In this document: piece by piece, positions 16,273-25,057 of the stretch
Numbering within the stretch: the first letter of the stretch is position 1
How the letters are laid out: every line of letters starts with the position of its first letter
Sequence record: NC_047742.1
Length of the DNA stretch: 41,510 nucleotides
From: Enterobacteria phage IME_EC2
Reading direction: 5' to 3' (one strand)
The notes under the pieces: generated by a model
The model's database searches: none
The model's input: the letters and a program-made list of their open reading frames with translations, nothing else
What the model was told of the DNA's origin: nothing
Program-made: the position numbers and the translations under genes

Positions 16273-19200
16273 TTATTGTTGCTGCTGGTCGCTTGCTGCC
16301 GCTTGCCCGCCAGTACCGGAAAGGAATCCGACGATCCCGGCGCGGTTAATGGCTGCTTTCTCCTCCGGGGTCATGGCCTCGATCAAGGCTTTCCACTCCG
16401 GCGAGTTTGCCGCCGCTTCCTCGGCCTCTCGGACGAACGTCCGGCCCGCTGGGGTCAGCTTCCCGGAACTCTGCGCGGCTGCGGCTTGTAACAGTTTATT
16501 GAAGTTTTCACCAGAAAGCACGTTGTCCGCAAGAACAGATCGCGGAACACGAGTCGCTCGCCCTGCTGCCTGAGCCGCTGCGAGCGCTGCATTACCCGCC
16601 GGGCCTAACGTGTAGAGCGCTGCGGCATGTTTACCCAGCCAGCCCGCCGCGCCGTATAGCTTCGACATAACGCCACCAGCGCCCGGATCGTCGAATCGCT
16701 TCACGAAGTCGGAGATCGATCCCGTCGTCGTGGTAAAGCGTTTCGCCCGGTCGATCCCGTTCGCCACGCGGTAGATCTGCATGAGGCGCTGGCGCTGCTG
16801 GCGCGGTAGGTGCTGCATGACGTTTCCTAACGTCCCGTTAGCCTGGGCGGTCTTGTACCAGTCCACGAAGCCGGGGATCGCGAAGGTATCGCGGGCGCTA
16901 CGTGCGCCCAGGGTACGCTCCAGCGCGTTAGCCACTACGTCGGACTTGAGGCTGTCCGGGGTTGCGGCCATCAGCTTGTCCCAGTCCCTCGCGCTGCCGC
17001 CCTTCTTGCCCAGGTTCAGGATCGCACTCTGCACTTTCCCGGTGATCGAGTTGTCGAGGTTTTTCCCCAGGACTTCGAGGGCCTGAGTCTCCAGGTCCTT
17101 ACGGCGTTTAACAAGCTGTTTCCCCACATTCCAGTCGTCCGCCGCGCCATACTGGGCCGCGACTCGCTCCTGGTCGTCAGTCAGGCGGGCATAAAGCTGT
17201 TTAAGCTGCGCCGGGACTTCATCCTTAAACGGGCCGTTTTTCTTGTTCAGCGCCTCGCCGACCTGCTTCCGAAGGGTGTCCAGTCGGGCGTAAGTCGGGA
17301 TCGTCGAAACACTCTGATCAGGGAGTCCCGTCACTGGGTCCACCTTCCCAGGCTTCGGAGCCATCCAGTCGAGCGCCTTTTTCTCTGCTGCGGAAAGGTA
17401 CTCGTCCCCGCCTAACTCGTCAGCCTTCGCCGTCAGATAATCCACGGTGCTGTCCGGCCTTACTTCGGCGTTGCGGGGGATCTTGGCGCTCACGGCGTTA
17501 TAAGCCTTTTCCGCCTCGTCGCCCAGGCCGTCGATAATGGCGCGGGTACGGGCGGCAAACGCCTGATCGATGGTCTGCGCGTTCATGCTGGTCATGCTGT
17601 CGATCAGCTCGTCGGCCTTCTCACCTAAGCGAGAGATCCCGTTAATCTGCTGAGTTTCCAGGTTGGAACTTTTCCGGCTTACAAGCTGCTGGAGCGTGGT
17701 CCTAAACTGCGTATCACGCGCATAAGCCGCCGGGGTCAGTTGATCCTCCATCCCCAGATCGCGGGCGGTTTTCATCAGCTTTTTGTCCACGTCCGCCATG
17801 TTCGCGAGGTCGATCATCTCGTCAGAAGCGCGGAGGGTTTCACCGTTCGCGCCCTGTACGGTCTGATCTGGCGTCAGTCGGAACTTGCTCGCATCACGAG
17901 CCACAGCGTCGGAGATTCCCGCCTCGGTCGCCTGGGTGGATCGGGTTGCGTCCGCTGCTGCGTCTGCTGCGCCACCTGCGGCCCCCTCGCCGCCCCTGAG
18001 CGCATTCCACAGCCTACCAGCGCCACCGATAACAGCGCGGCCCACAGCCTCGCCAGCGGGCGCTAGTGCGATATTCGTCAGCGTCTCCTCCGGGTCCCCA
18101 CGACCAGCGGCGATCGCGCCCGGCACAGCACGAGCCGCCGGAGCCGCGATCCAGTTCTGGGTCATATCGGCGAGACGGGTCGCGAAGCTGGTCGCGTCCG
18201 GCGCTTCACGAACCAGTCCGAGGAGTTCGGTCGCCGCCTGAGCCTTACGCGGGCCAGGTAGCGGCGCGAGCATATCGCCGATCAGGGTCCCGATCTGCGC
18301 GTATTTGTCAGTAGGGGCCAGACCAGGGATCCCCCCAGGCGTGATGGTTGGCGCTTGGGTGCTTTCATCCACCAGCCCGACGCCCTTCCCGGCATCGGTC
18401 ACGGCTTGGGAGATCATGTTCGCCAGGGAGATCGGCGTGTTCAGCAGGTCGATCCCCGTCTGAGCCACGCCGCGAGCGCCCTGATCCAGCGAGTGGAGGA
18501 CGGTCTGGCCTAACTTTTCCCAGTTTCGGGCGGCTTCTTCGTTTGGATCGGTTTGTCCGGGCTGATTAGCTCCGCCCTGCTCTCCGTTACCGTTCGGCGC
18601 TGCCGCCCCTTGTGCGCCATCAGATCCCGCTTGATTAAGTGCATTGCCAGCGGAGACGGCTGGGACTTGTTGATCGGCTCCGGTTGCTCCGGCTCCGTCT
18701 GCGGCTGCTGGTGCCTGGTAGTCTCCGAACTGGTCGAAAACATTACCGCCAGCGCTCGGAGATCGTGCGCTGGTTGCGTATTGAGTAGGTTCGCCGCTGC
18801 CATCGCTGCCAGCGCCTCGCCCAGTCCATTGATTAAACCGATCATCCACATATTGACGCCCCTCCGGGCCTGGGGTTGCCTGGCCCGCCAGTTGTTTGTC
18901 TACGTTGCCGGGGCCGTCGTGGTAAGCCTGGAGAGCCGTCCCCCAATCTCCGTAGCGCTGATACATGCGGGAAAGATACTGCGCCCCCGCGTCCGCTTGC
19001 ATTGCCGGATCCTGCGCCAGTTGCGCCGGGTCGTAGCCCATATCGCGGGCCGTTCCCGGCATCACCTGAGTAAGCCCCATTGCGCCCTTGCTGGAGGTCG
19101 CAGTGGGATCGCCGCTGGATTCTTTACCCATTAACTGAGTCATGAGGCCAGCAGGGATCCCCCACTTGGCCCCGGCGCTCTCCACCAGATCAGCATAACC

Positions 19201-19296
19201 TCCGCCAGTGGATCCCGCTTGCTGCGGGATCTGATTTGGGAGCGCTTCCGCACTTTCCGGCATATTCTGATCAAACTGGTCGAAGATGTTCGCCAT
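16273..19296 (-). CDS. internal virion/ejection protein (gp16 position) with N-terminal lytic transglycosylase (SLT) domain
   Basis: SLT motifs GKESSGDP...KGAMGLTQVMP...ALQAYHDGPGNV; 1007 aa, Ala/Gly-rich; last gene before tailspike. Confidence 0.7.
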   Translation of the reverse strand: MANIFDQFDQNMPESAEALPNQIPQQAGSTGGGYADLVESAGAKWGIPAGLMTQLMGKESSGDPTATSSKGAMGLTQVMPGTARDMGYDPAQLAQDPAMQADAGAQYLSRMYQRYGDWGTALQAYHDGPGNVDKQLAGQATPGPEGRQYVDDRFNQWTGRGAGSDGSGEPTQYATSARSPSAGGNVFDQFGDYQAPAAADGAGATGADQQVPAVSAGNALNQAGSDGAQGAAAPNGNGEQGGANQPGQTDPNEEAARNWEKLGQTVLHSLDQGARGVAQTGIDLLNTPISLANMISQAVTDAGKGVGLVDESTQAPTITPGGIPGLAPTDKYAQIGTLIGDMLAPLPGPRKAQAATELLGLVREAPDATSFATRLADMTQNWIAAPAARAVPGAIAAGRGDPEETLTNIALAPAGEAVGRAVIGGAGRLWNALRGGEGAAGGAADAAADATRSTQATEAGISDAVARDASKFRLTPDQTVQGANGETLRASDEMIDLANMADVDKKLMKTARDLGMEDQLTPAAYARDTQFRTTLQQLVSRKSSNLETQQINGISRLGEKADELIDSMTSMNAQTIDQAFAARTRAIIDGLGDEAEKAYNAVSAKIPRNAEVRPDSTVDYLTAKADELGGDEYLSAAEKKALDWMAPKPGKVDPVTGLPDQSVSTIPTYARLDTLRKQVGEALNKKNGPFKDEVPAQLKQLYARLTDDQERVAAQYGAADDWNVGKQLVKRRKDLETQALEVLGKNLDNSITGKVQSAILNLGKKGGSARDWDKLMAATPDSLKSDVVANALERTLGARSARDTFAIPGFVDWYKTAQANGTLGNVMQHLPRQQRQRLMQIYRVANGIDRAKRFTTTTGSISDFVKRFDDPGAGGVMSKLYGAAGWLGKHAAALYTLGPAGNAALAAAQAAGRATRVPRSVLADNVLSGENFNKLLQAAAAQSSGKLTPAGRTFVREAEEAAANSPEWKALIEAMTPEEKAAINRAGIVGFLSGTGGQAAASDQQQQ

Positions 19297-20621
19297 TTAT
19301 AGCCCCTCCGGTAGAAAACCGTATTTTTCCTGAAATTGAGCCTTAACGCTAGGGGTAGGGTTCTGCATCAGGTAATTAATCGCGGCTTGCGCGTTCTGCT
19401 GCGGAATCCCCCCAGCGCTGAGGCGTCCGACGGCTTCCTGTTTCGCGTCGTCCTGCTTGATCTCGCGACGGTAGGACTCCACGCGCCCGCCCTGCGACTT
19501 CTCGATCGCGTCCTTGCCCTTGCTGAGTGCGTTCACGTAGCGCGTCATAACGTCCTTAAGCTGCTGCTCGCTCATGGTGCGCGGGTCTGCGTTGATCAGC
19601 GCCTGAGCGGCTGCGCGGCCCTCCTGCTCGGTCACTGGACCAGTACCACGCAAAGACTGAATACCCGCGACGCGGGCCTGGTCTTTAAGCTGGTTAAACT
19701 GGTTCATGATCTCCGCCGTGGCATCGCCGCCACCAGTAACCCACGACGCGCCCCTGTTAATCGCGCCCAGGTTGCCCGTCACGTAGGCCAGATCCTTACG
19801 CTGGAGGAGTCGCTGGGCCTGATCGATCGCCGTGGTGATCGGGGCGAGTTGCGTCTCGTAGGTCTGGAGAAAATCGCGCTTCGTGTTGAGGCTGTCGGCT
19901 TGCATTTTTGCTGCTGCTGCACGTACTTCTGTCGCTCAATATCGTTCTTTTCCTGCGCGATCCTCGTGTTGAGTCGCTCGGTCTGGAGTCCGATATATTT
20001 CAGATTTCGGTCTGCCGCGTTGCTCGCTGCGGTGACGTCCTGCCCCCTGATTACGGTCTGGTTCTTCATGTACTCTTTCGCGTAGTCCAGTTGGTCCTTG
20101 CTGGTATTGCTCGCCAGGTGGAGCGCCTGGACTGAGCGCTTGAACGCTTCCGGGTCCTGCGCTGCCGCCTGGTAGGCCACCTGCGGATCGATTCCCAGCG
20201 CCTGGAGCGCCGGGGCGTTCTGCTGGACGAATTGCTGGGCCATCTTCGGCCCCTGCGAGATCGCGACGTCGGCCTGGCTTGCAAGCTGGGATCCCTGCTG
20301 GCGTCGAATATCATCCACCAGTCCGAGGCGCTTCTGGAGCGCTTCGATCTGGGTAGGGTATTTGTAGGCCAGTTCGGAGATCTTGGACGGGTCGCCCGCT
20401 GCTGCTTGCCAGTCCTGATTGAACTGGGCCATTTGCGCCTGATTAGCTTGCGCCGCCTGAGTGGCGAGGCCCTGCTGGCGGTTCGCGATCTGCTGCGCCG
20501 TGTTGTTCTGAATCTGCCCGATATTGGCGAGGGTGTTAGTCCCCGCCGCCTGGATGTTCTGGAGGTTGTTCCACAGATCGCCCGGATCTGCGCCACCGCC
20601 ACCGCCTAGTAATTGCGCCAT
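19297..20621 (-). CDS. ejection protein (gp20 position), reading frame interrupted near 19905-19912
   Basis: Two ORFs (19779..20621 and 19297..19905) overlap in different frames; both Gln/Ala-rich; the upstream ORF becomes junk-like after an A5 run where the downstream frame opens. Confidence 0.45.
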
Positions 20622-21283
20622 TAGATCATGCTCCCGAACATGCCGCCGAACATGGACGTAAACGTGTTAGCGTCCTGCGCTGCGCCTTGTGCCATTTGAT
20701 TGTTAGCCGTTGCTGCGGTATTCCACGGCAAGGCCGCTTTTTGTCCCAGGATCTGGCCCTTCTGGCCCGCGAGTGCGGTCAGTGCGTTGGTGGTCCCGGT
20801 AGCCGCTGCGGACTGAGCGCCAGCGCCAGATAAGCCGACGTTAGTCAGGCCCAAAAGCTGGTTAAACATGTCTTGCTGCTGCGCTTGCATCGCGTTCAGA
20901 TAGTTCTGGCCCAGCGTAGGCGCGATCGACGCGAGGCTGTTCTGGGTAGCCGTGGATCCGAGTCCGCCCGTCGCTTCTGCGCTGGCAAGCTGGGAACGTC
21001 GAGCCGCTTCCTCGTTCATGGCGAACTCCTGCCCGCCGTAGTAGTCGGAAAGTAGCTGCTCGCGGTCAATCGGCTGGCCCGCGATCGCAGTCAGGCCGGG
21101 GATAGCGTTCGTCCCTGCCTCACGGAACGGGCTTAACCATTCCGCTTGTTGCGCCTGGAGTTCGCGCTGGTAGTCCATCTGTTTATCGGTCGCTTTCTGC
21201 TGCTGCTTGAGCGCCTTCCTCGTACCGATCCCGCCTAAAACGGACGAGACGGCCCCACCGATCCCGCTAATTGCTCCGCCCAT
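20621..21283 (-). CDS. ejection protein (gp7 position), Gly/Ala/Gln-rich
   Basis: Gly-rich N-terminus and Q/A-rich body; assigned by position in P22 gene order. Confidence 0.5.
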   Translation of the reverse strand: MGGAISGIGGAVSSVLGGIGTRKALKQQQKATDKQMDYQRELQAQQAEWLSPFREAGTNAIPGLTAIAGQPIDREQLLSDYYGGQEFAMNEEAARRSQLASAEATGGLGSTATQNSLASIAPTLGQNYLNAMQAQQQDMFNQLLGLTNVGLSGAGAQSAAATGTTNALTALAGQKGQILGQKAALPWNTAATANNQMAQGAAQDANTFTSMFGGMFGSMI

Positions 21284-21668
21284 TTGGTCCTCTCCTCAAG
21301 AAAATAATTTCCGCCTCTCTGCCGTCCACCAATTGTACAAGCTGGGGAGGGCTTTCAACAAATCCGACTTTTCGGACCACGTTCCGGGCGTGTTTGTGAC
21401 TCATAAGGACCGGAACGCGGATCGCATAGTGGCCCCAGTGGTAGAGAAAAGCCAGACAAGCCTCGCGTGACCGTCTGCGCCTGGGTGGATCCATCGCCAT
21501 ATGACCATCGATCCCGCCTTCATCGTTCGCCATGATGGCAAACACGCAACAACGATCCCACAGGAAATATTTTGCGACGGCCTGGCGAGGCCACTCCGGC
21601 AAGCCCCAGGCGTGGAGGAGGTCCACGCCGGAGTCTGGCACGAGTTCGATCATCTCTTTTTGTTCCAT
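21267..21668 (-). CDS. hypothetical protein (133 aa) in gp14 position
   Basis: ORF track; no confident family; weak GNAT-like C-terminal resemblance not relied on. Confidence 0.45.
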   Translation of the reverse strand: MEQKEMIELVPDSGVDLLHAWGLPEWPRQAVAKYFLWDRCCVFAIMANDEGGIDGHMAMDPPRRRRSREACLAFLYHWGHYAIRVPVLMSHKHARNVVRKVGFVESPPQLVQLVDGREAEIIFLRRGPNGRSN

Positions 21669-21677
21669 GCGGTCCCC

Positions 21678-22448
21678 TTACTGCGTCGCGATTAGTTTGA
21701 TCTGGGTAGCAGTGAACGCGGAGCCGTTCGCCTGGATCGTCATGTTGATCCCTGGGCTGGTAATGTCGTCCCCCTCCTCCACGGAGAAAAAGGTGTTGAA
21801 CAATAAGTTATCCGTAGGGGTTGCCGGGTTGCGACTCACCACGAGAGTGTCGGGGACGACGGTCCCGAAAGTGATCTCCATCGACCTGTTAGTGGCCCCG
21901 CTCGCGAACGATCCCACCAGGCTGATTTTGAGTTTAAGATCCTTGTTCTTATTCAGCGCCACGAGTCGCCCGGTCGCCATGTTGAAGAACGGGGCCAGAC
22001 TGCCGGACGTCGGGGTGAGGGCGGCGAGGAGCGTCAGGAGGTTGGAGGGCGTCGTGGGGATGTTAAGCGAGATCCCGCTGTAGACGACCTCGGATTTCTG
22101 GCGGGTCATGTACACGCGCCAGTCCTCCAGATCCTCGATCCGCGTCTCCAGATCGATCACCTTGTCCAGCAGGTAGTCCACATCGTCCTCTAACAGCGTG
22201 AGGCGGTTCTCTGCGCTGTCGAGTCGCTGATCGTGGAGGGCCAGCGTCACGTCCTGCTGGTCGTTTCGGATGCGCTGGGCCTCGGCGATCTCCTTCGCCT
22301 CGTCTGCGGTGGACTCCGCTCCGTCTGCGACGTCCCCCGTCTCCTTCGTGACTCCGTTCAGCCTCACCAGCCAGTCCCGGAAAGCGATCGACGTTCCCGG
22401 CGGTAGGCTGCTGGTGTTTAGCTGCTGAATCTTCTGTTTAACTGGCAT
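21678..22448 (-). CDS. tail needle protein (gp26 position) with coiled-coil N-terminal half and C-terminal knob
   Basis: Heptad-like coiled-coil region (LEDDVDYLLDKVIDLETRIEDLED) followed by a beta-rich C-terminal domain. Confidence 0.55.
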   Translation of the reverse strand: MPVKQKIQQLNTSSLPPGTSIAFRDWLVRLNGVTKETGDVADGAESTADEAKEIAEAQRIRNDQQDVTLALHDQRLDSAENRLTLLEDDVDYLLDKVIDLETRIEDLEDWRVYMTRQKSEVVYSGISLNIPTTPSNLLTLLAALTPTSGSLAPFFNMATGRLVALNKNKDLKLKISLVGSFASGATNRSMEITFGTVVPDTLVVSRNPATPTDNLLFNTFFSVEEGDDITSPGINMTIQANGSAFTATQIKLIATQ

Positions 22449-22463
22449 GATCCCCCCAGTGGA

Positions 22464-23903
22464 TTAGGTCACACGGACACGCGCCCGCGAGAGAGTCGCC
22501 GGGGTTGCGCCTACGGTGCGGATTTTAAAGCCGATAGCGGAACGGACGCGGCCTACTACGCGTAAGATAACGTTCTGTAGCCACTGGTACGGGGTATTGT
22601 AGGCGATGCTTTTCTCCTGCCCGTACACGATCCCGTCCTCGGTCGCGGAGAGCCAGATCCGGCTCGCTACTGAGTCGCCCCCGGTGCTGGCATCCATGCG
22701 GAAGTCTGCAAGGATCGCATTCTCGGCCCACAGTAGCGGCGTATACAGGACGATCTCCTGGTCCTCGCCATACTGGGCCGACGTGGTGTTATCCATTTTC
22801 CCCAGATACGGATCCAGCTTGTCGCCACAGGTGATCACGCGGCCCTCGTTCACGAAGTCCACGGCGCGGTAAGGTCCGATCCCGTTGATGCCCGTCTTAA
22901 TGTACGACCAGACCGGGACGCCCTGCGCCTGGCTTACTGGGTGATCGTAAACCAGCGTTTTGTCCGGCAAGTGGACGATCAGAAGTTTGTGAGTCTCAAA
23001 ACTGAGCGACTCCAGACGGACGTCGGCGAGGTCTGCCACGTCATAGTCCGCCAGAATCTTCTTGATCTCCGCGCTGGCGATCTCGTTCCACGTACCGCCG
23101 CCGGGGTTCATCATGGCGATCGTTAAATCGCCGGAGAATGGCGACGTAAGAAAGGCGAAAGTCTCCATATATTCGCAGACACTTTCACGCCCGATCGTCC
23201 CGGCTTCGACGGTGTAGGACGGCTGGCTGGCGTAGACGTTCTGATCGTCCCCGGTCAGGCCGAAGAACTCGATCGAGGCGGTCCCAAAACAAACGACATA
23301 ATCACGCCACGCCCTGATCGCCACAATGCCGTCCGGCATGGTTTCGGCGCGGTAGGCCGGGGCGGTCTTGTCCGGCTTCGTCTCGTCCAGCAGGTCGGAG
23401 ATCCAGAAGGTGTCCGAGTTCTTCGTGGAGAAGATAAAGCGCTGGCGGAGGTGGCACACGTCGTTAATGTCGCCCCAGTCATACGTCGGATCATCTTCCC
23501 CGGTCCAGTTGGAGAAGCTGTTCCGGCTCCCGTCGTAGCCGATCATGATCATGGCGTTCTGGGACACAATGGCGACGCGGTTCCGGCTATGAGCCATAGG
23601 AGTACGGTCCACGCCGGAGATGGTCGCCACGGACTCCCCGGAGAGGTACAGCTGATCACCCATCACGCGGTAAGTCGCATTTTTGACCGTGTTCCAGTCT
23701 GCGCCGCGAGAGACGCCCGCCACGTCCTTGTCCTTCACGATCCCCGGCATCATGCGCATGTAGCCGTTGCCGCCCTTAATGGTGCGGGCGACCGCCAGCA
23801 TGTTCTCCGGTAGCCGGGTTGACCAGTCGAGCGTCGTCGATCGGCGACCATCGCCATATAACAGCGGGATCGTGATCTCCTGCCCGCGTTCTGGGTTGCG
23901 CAT
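22464..23903 (-). CDS. tail accessory factor (gp10 position)
   Basis: 479 aa versus about 472 aa for P22 gp10; assigned by position and size only. Confidence 0.5.
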   Translation of the reverse strand: MRNPERGQEITIPLLYGDGRRSTTLDWSTRLPENMLAVARTIKGGNGYMRMMPGIVKDKDVAGVSRGADWNTVKNATYRVMGDQLYLSGESVATISGVDRTPMAHSRNRVAIVSQNAMIMIGYDGSRNSFSNWTGEDDPTYDWGDINDVCHLRQRFIFSTKNSDTFWISDLLDETKPDKTAPAYRAETMPDGIVAIRAWRDYVVCFGTASIEFFGLTGDDQNVYASQPSYTVEAGTIGRESVCEYMETFAFLTSPFSGDLTIAMMNPGGGTWNEIASAEIKKILADYDVADLADVRLESLSFETHKLLIVHLPDKTLVYDHPVSQAQGVPVWSYIKTGINGIGPYRAVDFVNEGRVITCGDKLDPYLGKMDNTTSAQYGEDQEIVLYTPLLWAENAILADFRMDASTGGDSVASRIWLSATEDGIVYGQEKSIAYNTPYQWLQNVILRVVGRVRSAIGFKIRTVGATPATLSRARVRVT

Positions 23904-23983
23904 CAGTAGCCCCCTTTAGCCTTAGCTGGTTTCTTCGGCTTCTTGCTGCCCTGCGGCTTCTTTTTGCCTTTGGTCGGTTTCAT
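23903..23983 (-). CDS. possible small Lys-rich protein (26 aa, MKPTKGKKKPQGSKKPKKPAKAKGGY)
   Basis: ATG overlaps upstream stop (ATGA) and its stop overlaps the downstream ATG (TGATG); GGGAG SD; below ORF-track size cut-off. Confidence 0.3.
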   Translation of the reverse strand: MKPTKGKKKPQGSKKPKKPAKAKGGY

Positions 23984-24435
23984 TTGTCGCTCCCGTCATA
24001 GTAGAAACGGTCCTCCGGGAAGAACGGACGATTACCCGCCCCCGTAGGCATATCGTTACGCTGTTTCAGGCTTGGGACCGTGTAGAACTGGATCTTAATA
24101 ATGTCCCATTGCTCCTTTAAAACTGCGTTCATTTCAGGCGTTAAATCGCGCTGCATATCCAGGAGGATCCGCTGGGCCAGCTTGAGGGCGATCCCCTCTT
24201 TGGTCCACAGGTCCAGCCCGGAGTCCTCGTTCCCGTCCGGTACGCCGTCGGCGTTGGTCGTGAAGATGTAGGGTAAGGCCACGCCGTCCTGAATCACCGT
24301 AGCCATTAATCCCTCCAGATCCTCCAGCGCGTCGGCTAACTGCTGGGGATCTGGCATCATGAGAACAGCAGACGACGCCAGCCCGCCACGGCGTAACGCC
24401 AGGTTAACGATCTGGATCTTCTGCAAAGTCGCCAT
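23980..24435 (-). CDS. head completion / tail accessory protein (gp4-like)
   Basis: Aligns by eye with P22 gp4 (ALRRGG.ASSA, DLEGLMA..QDG, MPTGAGN versus MPTGSGN). Confidence 0.65.
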   Translation of the reverse strand: MATLQKIQIVNLALRRGGLASSAVLMMPDPQQLADALEDLEGLMATVIQDGVALPYIFTTNADGVPDGNEDSGLDLWTKEGIALKLAQRILLDMQRDLTPEMNAVLKEQWDIIKIQFYTVPSLKQRNDMPTGAGNRPFFPEDRFYYDGSDK

Positions 24436-24437
24436 AA

Positions 24438-24968
24438 TTATTTCTTAGCCTTCTTGTCGGTCGGAACTTTCGCGCCGTCTACCTTCTCGCCGTCTTTCGG
24501 CTTGGATTCGTCGGCCTTCGCTTCCTGGGTGGATTCCTGAGCCTCTGCGCCGCTCTCTGGCTCGTTCTTCACTTCTTCGGCCTTCGGTGCGTCTTTCGAC
24601 TCGGAGGCCGTAGCGGTCGATTCTGGGGCCTTATTTTGGGCCTCTGCGTCCTGCTTCTCTTTCAGGCGGGCGGCTTCTTCGTCGTCTGCCTCCTGCTTGT
24701 CCTTTTTGGCCTCCTTCTCCGCTGCCTCGGCGATCGCGGCATCCAGCGCCGGGAGTTTGTTCGGATGATCCACCCAGAAGCCAGACTCAAGACGCTCGGC
24801 GGCTTCTTGCTCCGGGAAGATGGCGCGGACGTAGGGGCCGTCAGTGTGCGGGCGGCGCATGGTTTCCAGTCCGGCGATGCGTTCACGTCCCAGAATAGCG
24901 GGGCGGGAGTAAAGCATTACGGTTAAAACTGCGGCGATGGCGGTTTTTGAATAGGAGCGCTGGTTCAT
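24438..24968 (-). CDS. membrane-anchored protein with Lys/Glu/Ala-rich low-complexity C-terminal tail
   Basis: N-terminal hydrophobic segment (TAIAAVLTVMLY) then long charged KE-rich region; AGAGGA SD; lies between the coat terminator and the gp4-like gene. Confidence 0.5.
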   Translation of the reverse strand: MNQRSYSKTAIAAVLTVMLYSRPAILGRERIAGLETMRRPHTDGPYVRAIFPEQEAAERLESGFWVDHPNKLPALDAAIAEAAEKEAKKDKQEADDEEAARLKEKQDAEAQNKAPESTATASESKDAPKAEEVKNEPESGAEAQESTQEAKADESKPKDGEKVDGAKVPTDKKAKK

Positions 24969-25012
24969 TGTAAATCCTCTTTGTGTGATGTTTCCCGGCT
25001 AGTATATGCCAT

Positions 25013-25038
25013 AAAAAAAGAGGAGCCAATGGCTCCCC
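25013..25038 (-). terminator. intrinsic terminator after coat gene (GGAGCC-AAT-GGCTCC + U7)
   Basis: Hairpin followed on minus strand by CTTTTTTTAT, directly after the coat stop. Confidence 0.75.
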
Positions 25039-25057
25039 TTTTGTATTGCTGCGCGTC

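Noticed and set aside
16781-19134. Multiple plus-strand ORFs (for example 17885..18241, 18553..19134) inside the gp16-like gene
   Set aside because: Antisense or alternative frames of a long Ala/Gly-rich gene; no independent start signals.
19900-19912. Programmed -1 ribosomal frameshift (dnaX-like) at the A-runs near 19905 and 28140
   Set aside because: Neither site has a canonical X-XXY-YYZ heptamer or an obvious downstream pseudoknot; a homopolymer indel is the simpler explanation, though not proven.
21267-21668. GNAT acetyltransferase call for the 133-aa ORF
   Set aside because: Only a weak C-terminal resemblance (NVVRKVGFVE); no convincing acetyl-CoA-binding motif; kept as hypothetical.
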